Positions 8,765 through 19,206 of a stretch of DNA of 64,000 nt are shown piece after piece (the first letter of the stretch is position 1; every line of letters begins with the position of its first letter). Both the position numbers and the translations under genes were made by a program. The notes under the pieces are model-generated. The model ran no database searches and was not told the origin of the DNA. It saw only the letters and a program-made list of their open reading frames with translations. Location: the NCBI GenBank assembly GCA_051654925.1, contig JBOFYZ010000042.1:6315-70314 (forward strand), given 5' to 3'. This DNA comes from Lachnospiraceae bacterium (GTDB lineage Bacteria; Bacillota; Clostridia; Lachnospirales; Lachnospiraceae).

Positions 8765-10174
8765 TTACATTTTTCTATGCTTTTTTATTTCAGGAAAAAA
8801 CTCTACTATGCGTTTTCTATGTATATAAATCATTGCGATAATATACACGATAACAACCAGCCACCTTATGTACCACTGATCCATGAATTGATAGAATATG
8901 ATAACTGCTATGAATATATGAATAAATGGCCCAAAAAAGGTTTTTAATGGATATAACCCTGGATCAAGCTTGTTTGCATAACGGGAATGTAAAATAAATG
9001 CTACTAAATAGGAAACAAGTGTCGTATAGGCGGCCGCCACATATCCGTATCTTGGTATCAGTAAATAATTAAGAATTAAATTGATTCCAGCTGCAATTAA
9101 AGTGTTACCTGTAATATATAGCGTCTTTTTATGAAAATGCTCTATATTAACATATAGTGTATAAGCAAAAATAATATAATTCGCTAAAATTACCGGAGGA
9201 ATAATAACAATACCTTCCCAATATTTTTCAGTCGCCAAAATTTTTACAACTTCTGGTCCTAATAGCATTACTCCAACCATTGCATACGTCATCAAATTAA
9301 TAAAGTCTTTCGCCAATGTATTTATACTTTCAATTTTTGTGGATATAAGATTTTCTGTAAACCAAGGCACCCACACACCTTCCATTGATGTTGTAATTAC
9401 CGTTGCAACCATACTAAAATTATAAATCAAACTATAAATTCCCGTCTGTGATGCATCTGTTAACCATGTAATCATTGTCCGATCAGACTGTGAAAGAATA
9501 TTTAAGGCAATTCCATGAAGTACTAATGGCGCAGAAATTGTCAACGCATACTTTAGGTATGTCTTATTATAAAAAACACGACTTCTTCTATAAACAAGTA
9601 CTACTGTTAGTAAACCAAATGCTACATTAATTAATGCTGTTGGTACAATTCGTCCCATGAAAAGATCGGTTTTTACAATAAATAAAATTGACAGTACTGA
9701 AAACATCACTGATATTAAATTAGGAAGAATCATTAAAACCGTACGGAATTTATACTTATACTGCATCATTAAGTACATTGAATAATTTTGTACCAGCGCC
9801 GTAGCTAGTCCTTGAATTATGCACAGAACTATAATTGTAATATCAATGTTTATTTGAAGTAGCAATGCACCAGAGCCTAGAAATAAACTTATTAAAATCC
9901 CACATGCTAAAGTGAATGCCGTTGATACTGACATAAATTCATTAATCTCACTTTTATAATCAATAAACGCGGCTCTTATACCCATATGAATGGCAAAACC
10001 GATCACAAGGGATAATATAGCTATCCATGAATTGTAAGTTGTAACAATACCATAATCTGCAGTTGACAAAATACGAGTAAAGATTGGTACTGTCAAAAAT
10101 GTAATTCCTTTGTTAAATAGATTACCAACCAAATAAAATGTACTTACTTTTTTATAATCTGGAGTTTGCATCAT
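8765..10174 (-). CDS. Wzx-type oligosaccharide flippase (MOP superfamily)
   Basis: Polytopic membrane protein with about 12 hydrophobic segments. Start moved to the ATG at 10174, behind a GGAAGAGGA RBS; the longer ORF overlaps the upstream gene. Confidence 0.75.
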   Translation of the reverse strand: MMQTPDYKKVSTFYLVGNLFNKGITFLTVPIFTRILSTADYGIVTTYNSWIAILSLVIGFAIHMGIRAAFIDYKSEINEFMSVSTAFTLACGILISLFLGSGALLLQINIDITIIVLCIIQGLATALVQNYSMYLMMQYKYKFRTVLMILPNLISVMFSVLSILFIVKTDLFMGRIVPTALINVAFGLLTVVLVYRRSRVFYNKTYLKYALTISAPLVLHGIALNILSQSDRTMITWLTDASQTGIYSLIYNFSMVATVITTSMEGVWVPWFTENLISTKIESINTLAKDFINLMTYAMVGVMLLGPEVVKILATEKYWEGIVIIPPVILANYIIFAYTLYVNIEHFHKKTLYITGNTLIAAGINLILNYLLIPRYGYVAAAYTTLVSYLVAFILHSRYANKLDPGLYPLKTFFGPFIHIFIAVIIFYQFMDQWYIRWLVVIVYIIAMIYIHRKRIVEFFPEIKKHRKM

Positions 10175-10199
10175 CGTTCCTCTTCCATATAGATTATAC

Positions 10200-11357
10200 C
10201 TATCTCTGATCCAAAATTTTCTGCAATTCTCTTTCAAATCCTTTAAGGTTCTTCATTACTTGACTCATTGCTATATTCGCTGCGTTTTTCAGTTCATTGT
10301 CACGATGAATATATTCAAGAGTCAAACTAAGCGCTTCATCAGTATGCAAAGTTGTTCCATCCACATAAAAAGGATATTCCAAATTATCATATAATCCTTG
10401 AAATTTACGACTATAAGAAAATGGAATTGTTGCTACCCCCGCTGAAAATGCGCCAATAGTTGCATGCATCCGTGCCCCTATAAAGAAATCCATTCCTGCA
10501 ATATAATTCTTGACTTCATACGGAGATTCAAAACATGGCGCTAAATAGACAGACTCGCATTCAAACTGTTTTGCGAGTTCTTCGCAGGCCATATAATCTC
10601 CATCTGGAATCTTTCTATTTGGGTCTGATGATTTTGTAACATGTGGGATTATATGCACTTCAAAGTTTTCCTCCAATGCTTTTTCCACTAATTTAATGCA
10701 ATATAGTTGATAGTTAGTTTTCATACCAAATTGATTAGAGCTACTGAATCCGCCTTTCCAAAGCAAACCAGAGACATTAACACCCAATTGTTCCTTTGCA
10801 TTTATATGTCTATTTACTTTGAAAGAAAGTGCAAACGCCATATCTGTCACTGTTCTCACATCTCTTCCAGCGATGCGAGTTGCATAATCGGCAGAAATAT
10901 GATCTCTAGCATATACATAATCAGCAGCATGTATAGCCCTTCCAGCTAGCCACTCCAAACTTTTACGCTTAAACGGACCATATGTTTGTGGCAACAGTAC
11001 AAAAGGTACCTCTTTTTTGCCAAGTAAAAATTTAATCAATGCATCACGATATACCGATTTGACAAAATATATATCAGAAAATCCATCCCCATAAGTTACA
11101 TCAAACAAAATATCACACTTTTCAACTTCTTTTAAAAACACGGGCGGATACCGCCTTAGAGAAACTCCGACTTTTTTGAAAACAATTTGAGGAAATAAAC
11201 CTGGAATTGTCCCCATAGTCTTCTCATTCGTAAAAAACACAACTTCTACATGGTCTATTGTTATATTTTTCTCAAGTAATTCCAAAAAAGAACATGTCAA
11301 TGCCTGACAGCCAAGATTTTCATGACCAAGAGTAAAACCAAATAGTCCTATTTTCAT
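10200..11357 (-). CDS. Polysaccharide pyruvyl transferase family protein (CsaB/WcaK-like)
   Basis: N-terminus MKIGLFGFTLGHENLGCQALT and overall layout are typical of PS pyruvyl transferases. Confidence 0.8.
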   Translation of the reverse strand: MKIGLFGFTLGHENLGCQALTCSFLELLEKNITIDHVEVVFFTNEKTMGTIPGLFPQIVFKKVGVSLRRYPPVFLKEVEKCDILFDVTYGDGFSDIYFVKSVYRDALIKFLLGKKEVPFVLLPQTYGPFKRKSLEWLAGRAIHAADYVYARDHISADYATRIAGRDVRTVTDMAFALSFKVNRHINAKEQLGVNVSGLLWKGGFSSSNQFGMKTNYQLYCIKLVEKALEENFEVHIIPHVTKSSDPNRKIPDGDYMACEELAKQFECESVYLAPCFESPYEVKNYIAGMDFFIGARMHATIGAFSAGVATIPFSYSRKFQGLYDNLEYPFYVDGTTLHTDEALSLTLEYIHRDNELKNAANIAMSQVMKNLKGFERELQKILDQR

Positions 11358-11365
11358 ATTTCCTC

Positions 11366-12685
11366 CTATTTATTTACATCACCATATCCATAGTTCGCAT
11401 TATAAGTCATGAACAAAACAACAGTTAAAAAGAATATATTACCATCTTCATTTCGCATAACTGAAAACATAGCGATAAAATATACTGCAAAGAGTATAAA
11501 ACAAAGTTTTGAAAAGCTCAGCTCTCCCTCCCAATATGCTGTTCCAAATTTTCGCCGTTTAAATGCACTAATAATTTGTGAAATGTCGCGTAATACTTCG
11601 AGAACTGCCGCAAATAAGCCATATCTATATAATTGTATAAGTAATTGAACCTCAATAGATTGCTTATTATATAAATATCCCTGGAAATTTGTTATCTTCA
11701 CATTTAAATTTGAAGATGGACCAAATCCAATTAACAAATTATCTTTCACGCTATCCCAAACAACTGAATACAACAGGAATCTATCAGCAATTCCAGAGGT
11801 GTCACCAGTATATCCCATTGACAATAATGTATCAGCATAGCTATCACTAAAAACGGCTAATACCATAATTAAAGGAGTCTGGATCATCTCCCATAACTCT
11901 TTATTTACAAAACATAAAATAGCCATTATCAAAATCACTGGAATCAAAATCTGTATTATTCGTTTTAAAAGTGTTCTATAACCACAAAGCCATAGTAGCC
12001 CAACCTGGCTAAGGATAATCACAATTATGGACGATCTTGACAATGTAAACAATGATCCGAGAAAAACTATGGCATAAATGCTAACAAGTAACGCTTTACG
12101 CTTTGTTTCTGGCAGGCTTATTCTATAAATAACAAAGCACATTATAAACATACAATATAGACTATATGTTATCGGATGAGATGTAAAACTTATCACTCTC
12201 CACATTCCCATTCTTACAAAATTTGTGCTTAACTCAGCTCCTGACGTATTAAAGAAACGGAACACATTAATTCTTGTAAATTCTTCAAAAATTGCCAGGA
12301 CAGCTACAATTCCACCTGTGTAAATCATAAAATCAATTAACTTAATAAATTCATCTTTTGTTTTCACCTTATTAACAATGATGGGCATCAATCCAAGCCA
12401 CGGAACTGACCATGTTATCACATACAAAGTATCTGCGTGAATGACTGCTATAGTTGTTAGGGTAACTGCCCATATTATTATTATTTTAGCAATCCATTTG
12501 TTATTTCTAAGCATTTTAGGAAATTTCCCACCATAGGATAATAGAAGCAAAAAGAAGACTGCAAGTAACAGTAATATTCTCACCGATACACCAAATACCA
12601 TAAAATACCAGGGCAAAATGGGATACAGCAGCATGAAAAGTTCTATAAAAAAGAAATATGATATTGTTAATTCTCGACTTCTCAT
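11366..12685 (-). CDS. Wzy-type polymerase / O-antigen ligase-like membrane protein
   Basis: More than 10 hydrophobic segments with one larger loop. Assignment rests mainly on context (Wzx, glycosyltransferases and BY-kinase in the same operon). Confidence 0.65.
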   Translation of the reverse strand: MRSRELTISYFFFIELFMLLYPILPWYFMVFGVSVRILLLLAVFFLLLLSYGGKFPKMLRNNKWIAKIIIIWAVTLTTIAVIHADTLYVITWSVPWLGLMPIIVNKVKTKDEFIKLIDFMIYTGGIVAVLAIFEEFTRINVFRFFNTSGAELSTNFVRMGMWRVISFTSHPITYSLYCMFIMCFVIYRISLPETKRKALLVSIYAIVFLGSLFTLSRSSIIVIILSQVGLLWLCGYRTLLKRIIQILIPVILIMAILCFVNKELWEMIQTPLIMVLAVFSDSYADTLLSMGYTGDTSGIADRFLLYSVVWDSVKDNLLIGFGPSSNLNVKITNFQGYLYNKQSIEVQLLIQLYRYGLFAAVLEVLRDISQIISAFKRRKFGTAYWEGELSFSKLCFILFAVYFIAMFSVMRNEDGNIFFLTVVLFMTYNANYGYGDVNK

Positions 12686-12720
12686 TTATTTATCTCCCTG
12701 CGTATATTAAAATAATCAAC

Positions 12721-13839
12721 TTAATTGCCATTCATAACATCACGAATGGCTTCTAAATATCCATATCTATTTTTTTCATCTGGTTCTAAATAAGCACCTT
12801 CCGCCCATTCATTCCAAGCATTTACAAAAATGAATTCGCTGTTACTTTTTTGAGCATATTCTACAAGCTGCTTAAAATACTTATAAAAATCATTTGGGTT
12901 AGCACCGTCACAAACCAAACCATTTACTGCCCTTCTTGAAGTATTATCCCAATCCACAAATGCACCAAAATAATGTTTTATTCCATTTGAACGATTCGTT
13001 TCTTTTTTGGCCCTTTTCAAGATTTCGCTCCAGTAAAGACGATAACTAAATCGATAGTATGGTCTCTTGACTAAATCTTTTACTATATGGTTATCCCAAA
13101 TATCTAAAATTCGTAATAATCCTTTTTTTCTTCCTACTGTTCGTACATGGGCTGGTTCGAAATCAAGAATACCACGGCTACCTGCACAGCATGCACCCGT
13201 TTGAAATACATTATTTTCTTCAACAATGTAAATGCCCTTAAACCCATTGTCCTGACAGGATTTATTCCAATATTTAATCATAGCATCGCAATTATTAATA
13301 TTATTAGTCCTATATAGTACAAATAACGGCGCGCCATCTACTTTGATATACCGATCATCTTTGAAAAAAGGCATTAAATATTCAATGTGAGCCTTCCAAT
13401 TTTCTTCACTTCCATAATATTGAGGCATAATCACATCATGAGCGCTGCCATCCCAAGCCCTCGTCCACGGTTCGTTCGCCCAGCACAGGCAAAAAAGAAG
13501 TCGGATATCTTTTTCAAGTAACAACGCTTCCAACGGTTTCTCCATCAACAATTTTCCATCAAACCAATAATGATAATAGCAAAACCCATAAACACAATAT
13601 TTCTGTGCTAATTCAGCCTGCCATTTTCTTGTCTCATACTCGGACAAATCATAATAGTTTCCATTCAACGGTATCCGCGGCTGATTGTGTCCTTCAAACA
13701 TGGTCTTTGCCTCTTTTACATTTACCCATTCCGTGAATCCCTTTCCCCACCATTCATCATTTTCAGGGAATGTATGGTACTGGGGTAGATTGAAAGCCAA
13801 AATCTTAGGCACATCACTCATATGCAAACTCCTCTTCAT
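12721..13839 (-). CDS. WbsX-family glycosyltransferase/glycoside-hydrolase-like protein
   Basis: N-terminal FNLPQYHTFPENDEWWGKGFTEWVNV motif, characteristic of the WbsX family. Confidence 0.75.
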   Translation of the reverse strand: MKRSLHMSDVPKILAFNLPQYHTFPENDEWWGKGFTEWVNVKEAKTMFEGHNQPRIPLNGNYYDLSEYETRKWQAELAQKYCVYGFCYYHYWFDGKLLMEKPLEALLLEKDIRLLFCLCWANEPWTRAWDGSAHDVIMPQYYGSEENWKAHIEYLMPFFKDDRYIKVDGAPLFVLYRTNNINNCDAMIKYWNKSCQDNGFKGIYIVEENNVFQTGACCAGSRGILDFEPAHVRTVGRKKGLLRILDIWDNHIVKDLVKRPYYRFSYRLYWSEILKRAKKETNRSNGIKHYFGAFVDWDNTSRRAVNGLVCDGANPNDFYKYFKQLVEYAQKSNSEFIFVNAWNEWAEGAYLEPDEKNRYGYLEAIRDVMNGN

Positions 13840-13849
13840 GCTTTTATAC

Positions 13850-14758
13850 TTATTTCTTTATACAATAATACAAATCCGTAAACCAAAAACGATTGCGTCC
13901 AAAATATCTTATCGAAGGAAGTAGATATATAATGGCAAAAACATTATGGTTGTCTAATGCTTTTTCTCGCCTTTGAAATACAGCTAACTGCTTCTCCAAA
14001 TAGCTAACAATCTCTTCATTTTCCATTTCTTTTTGAAAGGTAAGCATTCTTCTTAAAATTTTAATTTCATTTGCTAAAATGTTTATCCGAATATCTTTAC
14101 TGTGTCCATTTCTGCTTGATGCATTTGTGTTATGTCTACGAAATTTCATAGTATCCCGATTGTATATGTATGCTTCGTCCCTTAAAACAGCAAGCCCCCA
14201 TAGCAAACAGTCATGTGGATATTTCAGAAACCAAACCTTTCCATAGTCTTCGAGCAAATTTCTGCGAAAACACATTGAGCAGCCTGGACGGCAAGGTTTA
14301 ATCCACTTTCCCATACATTCTATCTTTATTAGTTCTTTCTTGGAATCAAACTTCTCAAAATTCACTTTCTCGGGAGCGTCACCTGTATAAAATGGTACCA
14401 CATTTGAAGCTAAAAGACTAATCTGTGGATTGTCAACCATGATCTTATACATATCGGAAATTTTATTTGGCAGCCAGATATCATCCTGGTCAGCAAGAAA
14501 AACTATATCACCTTTTAATACTTTCATTCCTTCACTAAAATTCAGTGAATAACCTTTGTTCTCCTGATTCAGGAAAACATGCCAATTATCCAATCCGTTT
14601 TTACTTATATACTCTTGTACCATATGATATGTATAATCGGATGATCTATCATCGTATATAAGTACTTCATCCGGTGCCATTGACTGATCCCTAATTGAAT
14701 CTAACTGCTCCAATATATACTTTTCGCCGTTATATGTAGTTAAAACCAAAGAAATCAT
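13850..14758 (-). CDS. Family 2 glycosyltransferase
   Basis: ISLVLTTYNGEKYILEQLDSIRDQ, DDRSSD and DQDD (DxD) motifs. Confidence 0.85.
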   Translation of the reverse strand: MISLVLTTYNGEKYILEQLDSIRDQSMAPDEVLIYDDRSSDYTYHMVQEYISKNGLDNWHVFLNQENKGYSLNFSEGMKVLKGDIVFLADQDDIWLPNKISDMYKIMVDNPQISLLASNVVPFYTGDAPEKVNFEKFDSKKELIKIECMGKWIKPCRPGCSMCFRRNLLEDYGKVWFLKYPHDCLLWGLAVLRDEAYIYNRDTMKFRRHNTNASSRNGHSKDIRINILANEIKILRRMLTFQKEMENEEIVSYLEKQLAVFQRREKALDNHNVFAIIYLLPSIRYFGRNRFWFTDLYYCIKK

Positions 14759-14768
14759 TATAAATCTC

Positions 14769-15977
14769 CTACTTTACCGATTCTTCGATAAATTTTTTAT
14801 AAAATTCAGAACGTATCACATCCAGCCTCTTTTTATCATATTTGGATACACGGTTATAGTTGATTTGGGCCTGTTCTTTCTTTTGCTGTTGAGTCATTCG
14901 TTTTAAGCATTTCTTAAATTCTGCTACATTTCCTCTATGGAAAATAAAATTTGCATCTATAAGTTCATCATTTCCGCCTGCATTTGAACAAATAACCGGG
15001 CAGCCTCTACTCATTGCTTCTATAATCGCTCGGCATAATCCTTCCTGATAACTCGGCTGTATATAAATATCTAAACTGTCAAACCATTTAAATACTTCAT
15101 CATGGGTCTTCCCGCCCAGAAAAACAACCTCATCCTCAACATCATATTTTTTTGCTACACTTTTCAAAAACAAATCATCGCCTAAGCCGATAAGTTGATA
15201 TTCATAATTGTTAATACCCTGTCGCTTTAGCTCACCTAATGCTTTTATGACATCGTGCTGGCCTTTTGTCTTAAGTGATACAAAACCTGCCGTACCTAGA
15301 ACAATCTTCTCTTTTTTGGCTTCTATCCTCTTAAGACGATTAGAAATCACAATGCAGTCGGATTCTTTTAGTTCGACATCAGAGCATCCCAACAATACTC
15401 CATCGCACGGATACCGTTTTTGCAGTGCTCTTTCAGTCACATATACTGCATATGGTGCGTTCTTAATAGCTTTTTTTGCTGAAATCTCTCTTTGCGGTGC
15501 CAATACTTTTCCGGGCAGGCTATGATACCAAGAATTATCCCAATATACACCAGTAACCTCTACCAGATAAGGCTTATTGTATTTTCTCGCAGATTCGATT
15601 GCATAATCAACATAAATATTCCCAAGCGAACGAATAATAATACAATCATGTTCATTTACAGCCTTATCAATTTCCTTCTTAAGTAGTTTCCTCTTACTAA
15701 TTGAAAAGAAATAAGACTTTGGACGATACATATCCGGTAAAATAATACTATTAATTTCAGAATCATCAAAAACGTTTAAATGCTTACGTGCTTCTTCAAC
15801 GGGAAACGTTTGAGAATCCTCTCGGAATATGACAGTCATCTTTTCAGATGTTAAATCTATATATCTTTTCCACACTTTTAAATTAAAATTACCATCTGTA
15901 TACAATTTTCCTTTGGTATCCCTCTTTATACGAGTACCACCTTGCACAAAAAGTAATTTCATGTACCATGCCCTCAT
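14769..15977 (-). CDS. Family 4 (GT-B) glycosyltransferase
   Basis: C-terminal signature EGLCRAIIEAMSRGCPVICSNAGGNDELI. Confidence 0.8.
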   Translation of the reverse strand: MRAWYMKLLFVQGGTRIKRDTKGKLYTDGNFNLKVWKRYIDLTSEKMTVIFREDSQTFPVEEARKHLNVFDDSEINSIILPDMYRPKSYFFSISKRKLLKKEIDKAVNEHDCIIIRSLGNIYVDYAIESARKYNKPYLVEVTGVYWDNSWYHSLPGKVLAPQREISAKKAIKNAPYAVYVTERALQKRYPCDGVLLGCSDVELKESDCIVISNRLKRIEAKKEKIVLGTAGFVSLKTKGQHDVIKALGELKRQGINNYEYQLIGLGDDLFLKSVAKKYDVEDEVVFLGGKTHDEVFKWFDSLDIYIQPSYQEGLCRAIIEAMSRGCPVICSNAGGNDELIDANFIFHRGNVAEFKKCLKRMTQQQKKEQAQINYNRVSKYDKKRLDVIRSEFYKKFIEESVK

Positions 15978-16530
15978 TTCTTTATAATTGCTTTTACCGC
16001 TCGTTTTGCAATACTATAAATTCCTGTTTTATAGCATATAATACGAGCTGTCCTCTTCAGCTTTACTTTACTTGTTTCTGGAAAATATTGCTCAAACAGC
16101 TCCAGCCCTGCCTTTCTATTGGCATCGTAGAAGAATTGTTGGCGCTGTGGATTTCGTGCAACTGACTCAAACATCTCTTTGGATCCTGCAGATTCTGACC
16201 ATAAATCGTCAATACAATTCTTAGAACATATACCGGCGCAGGCAAGCTTGAGCAGCTTTGATGCTCTTCACAAAGTCATTAGCATTACTACAAACATAAT
16301 TGCGTTTAGTCGTCAAATCAACTGATAAAAGCGAGTACTGAATTAATCTGAGAGTTAATGCCTTTAATAGCTTTCTCTTTATCAAATCACTCGCGCAACT
16401 GCTTCAACCTTGCTAGAATGCGCACATACAAACCCGGTTTGTATATCTTAATGATTTCAGCATCCGAATATATCTATCCACACTACCAGCTGACTGGGCG
16501 ATATGCAGAATACGAATTTTTCTATCCATT
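15974..16530 (-). pseudogene. Frame-broken remnants of a further GT4-like glycosyltransferase
   Basis: Minus-strand MDRKIRILHIAQSAGSVDRYIRML (a typical GT4 N-terminus) at about 16530 is followed by stops and frame changes. The 66-aa tail ORF at 15974-16174 is in yet another frame. Confidence 0.4.
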
Positions 16531-16808
16531 TACGCCGCACCCCTTTCAGCTCTTTTAACCAGTCATTCAACTTAATCCCTCTAAAAGATATCGCGTGTGT
16601 ACACCTTATCCTTCACATCGCCTAAACAACTATCATATCGGTTGACAATAATAGCATCTCACTGAGTTTTAAATTTCTCCAAGACATTTACAACCCAGCC
16701 CCAATAAAGTCCTTGCGAGTTCTGATTGACCCAACTATTGCATGTATAATATTTTCGGGAACATCAGAATAATCAATATCTATTACAGTTGATTCGCATC
16801 TCATGTCT

Positions 16809-18251
16809 TCACATTGCCCCATTCTGCCCCAACACAGCAAAAACTGTCTTAATTAATATTTTTATATCCAATCCAACACTCCACGCTTTAATATAGCTGG
16901 TATCCATTTTCACAACTTCCTCAAAGTCCGTTATATCACTCCTGCCACTCACTTGCCACATTCCGGTAATTCCCGGTTTTATCGCCAGCCTGGCTCGATG
17001 GTGTAAGGCATACTTCTCCCATTCATCCAAAGTCGGTGGTCTTGTACCAACTAGACTCATATCTCCCTTTAAAACATTCCAAAACTGAGGAAATTCATCA
17101 AGGGAATATTTTCTGATAAAACTACCAATGCCTCTACCCTTACCATTCTCGCTCCCAATAATCCTTGGATCATAATCCAATTTAAACATCAACCCATCGT
17201 TCACACAATTCTTCTCCATAAGCTCTTTTTTCCGCTCCTCGGCATCCAGATACATACTGCGAAATTTATATAGTCTGAACTTTTTACCATTTTGCCCGAC
17301 CCGAATCTGCGAAAATAAAATGGGACCAGGTGACTTTATGTAAATACATGGAGCAATAATCAGAAACAGCACACCAGTCAGGATACAGCCAATAATTCCA
17401 CCGCAAATATCAAGAAACCGTTTCGCAAAAGACTCTTTGATTGTCATCATGTTGATACTCGTCGTCAGTACCGTATATGGCCCAATCCGTTCTATAGTTC
17501 GCTTTTGTCCGCCAAACTCATCAATCTTAAACAGATTCAAATGTACTGCTACTCCCATCTCAACAAACTGATTAATGAAATCATTACACTGAGGAATATC
17601 TGGAGGGAGCTTCACAAACACCTCATCTATCCATTCCCGGCATACATATTCTGCTGCGGTATCAAGGTTGGCAACAATCGGTATTCCCTCAACCGTTTGT
17701 CCTGTCATATCAAGGTCAATAATTGCCAATTTGGGCATATAAAAACGGTCATATTGATCCTTTTTAATTTCTGCTACAATCCCCTTTAATGCTTCACTTG
17801 TTGTTATAATCAAAAAAGAAGTTTTTCCTTTCATCAAAACACCTTTTGATATTAAATGCTTTTTCCAGAGTATCCGGTTGATATAACTTGTCAAAAAGTA
17901 AAAAAAAGTGGTTAATATCAATGTAACTCGCGAATGAAGGCTCCCCATCTGCGTAATAAACAGAAAAAAGGTTCCGGACAGCATGACCAGACAAACGTGC
18001 TTAAACGTCATAACCCATTCTCGGTAATATCCGCGTTCTAAGGTGTTCTTAAATGATCCACAATACCCAATCGCGATGATATCCGCCATTAAAAACAGCA
18101 TAAACATGCTGCGGTATAAGGTCTTTTCCCATGGATTATTAAAACCATTTCTGATGCAGTAAGCGAACAGATAAGACAGTTCCAGACAAAATACATCTAT
18201 TATCATAAAATCAAAATGTTTCATCCAGCCTTTCGCTGCTTTTCTATACAC
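16809..18251 (-). CDS. Initiating polyprenyl-phosphate hexose-1-phosphate transferase (WbaP/CpsE/EpsB-type bacterial sugar transferase)
   Basis: N-terminal TM block. C-terminal domain has KFRSM and DEFPQFWNVLKGDMSLVGTRPP. GTG start behind a GAAGGAGGG RBS. Confidence 0.9.
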   Translation of the reverse strand: MYRKAAKGWMKHFDFMIIDVFCLELSYLFAYCIRNGFNNPWEKTLYRSMFMLFLMADIIAIGYCGSFKNTLERGYYREWVMTFKHVCLVMLSGTFFLFITQMGSLHSRVTLILTTFFYFLTSYINRILWKKHLISKGVLMKGKTSFLIITTSEALKGIVAEIKKDQYDRFYMPKLAIIDLDMTGQTVEGIPIVANLDTAAEYVCREWIDEVFVKLPPDIPQCNDFINQFVEMGVAVHLNLFKIDEFGGQKRTIERIGPYTVLTTSINMMTIKESFAKRFLDICGGIIGCILTGVLFLIIAPCIYIKSPGPILFSQIRVGQNGKKFRLYKFRSMYLDAEERKKELMEKNCVNDGLMFKLDYDPRIIGSENGKGRGIGSFIRKYSLDEFPQFWNVLKGDMSLVGTRPPTLDEWEKYALHHRARLAIKPGITGMWQVSGRSDITDFEEVVKMDTSYIKAWSVGLDIKILIKTVFAVLGQNGAM

Positions 18252-18352
18252 GTTCTCCCTCCTTCACTAATACTGCTTTGCTTAATTAACGGTGAATAAA
18301 AAAGTTCTTTTCTTTTCGTCTTTTATGGCACATAATAACCACCATTCCCGTT

Positions 18353-19025
18353 TTGTCCGATGCTATGAATCATATTTTATCTTCTTTCTCCAGAAGCCGT
18401 TCTCTTCCATTAAGTTTGGTAAAACGCTCGAAGATCATACTCTGGCTTCCCAGGGGCTCACCAATCAGGCGATTGCTAAAGAAGTCGGGCTGCACTTTAA
18501 CCATGTTGCCACATGGCGGAACCGCTTCCTTGAGGCACTCCCCTCATTGCGTGACATTGAGGCCGGAAGTCCGGAAAAACTTGCTGATGAGATTAAATTG
18601 ATTCTTACAGATATCAAACGCTCTGGGGCTCCTGGCGAATTTACGCCGGAACAGATCGTAACGATTATCGACCTCGCCTGTAAATGTCCCACTGATTTTG
18701 GCTATGAAGTAAGCCAGTGGAGCCTTCCACTTTTGGTGATTGAAATCAATAAACAAGGTATTGATGACAGCATTTCTGTAAAATCGGTCAGTCGTTATTT
18801 AAAAATGAGGTAAATTTAAAACCTCATAAGAGCCGATATTGGCTGCACTCCACCGAAAAGACAGAAGCTCCTGATGAATCTGTTGGCTGTACTAGCATGC
18901 ACAGGAACTCAGTACTCAGGGGATCCACGTGATCTCTACCGATGAGATGACGGAAATTCAAGCACTGGAGCATAAATATCCCGATACGCTTCCCCTGCCA
19001 GGGCTGATTGCCAGAAGATTTACCA
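18353..19025 (+). mobile_element. IS630-family transposase pseudogene (N-terminal half only, several frameshifts)
   Basis: RSRSLPLSLVKRSKIILW in one frame. LASQGLTNQAIAKEVGL..WRNRF, KRSGAPGEFTPEQ and SQWSL in a second. KPHKSRYWL and ISTDEMTEIQALEHKYP in others. The DDE half is absent. Confidence 0.7.
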
Positions 19026-19206
19026 ATTATTGGAATTATATCATGCGTCTCGTAAAAATACGATACTTATTAAATAAATCCACTATTTTAGGTAATTTGT
19101 AACCACATAATCTTACTTGAGAATAATCAATGTTTCAAGGATGTGCAGCACCGCTATTTTACAGAAACGTTCATTCACCACCTAACGATAAATTGGTCAA
19201 AAAATT

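Noticed and set aside
18292-18352. N-terminal extension (MNKKVLFFSSFMAHNNHH...) of the 173-aa IS630-related ORF as a genuine start
   Set aside because: The recognisable transposase sequence begins in another frame at about 18370. The extension is read-through of degraded DNA.
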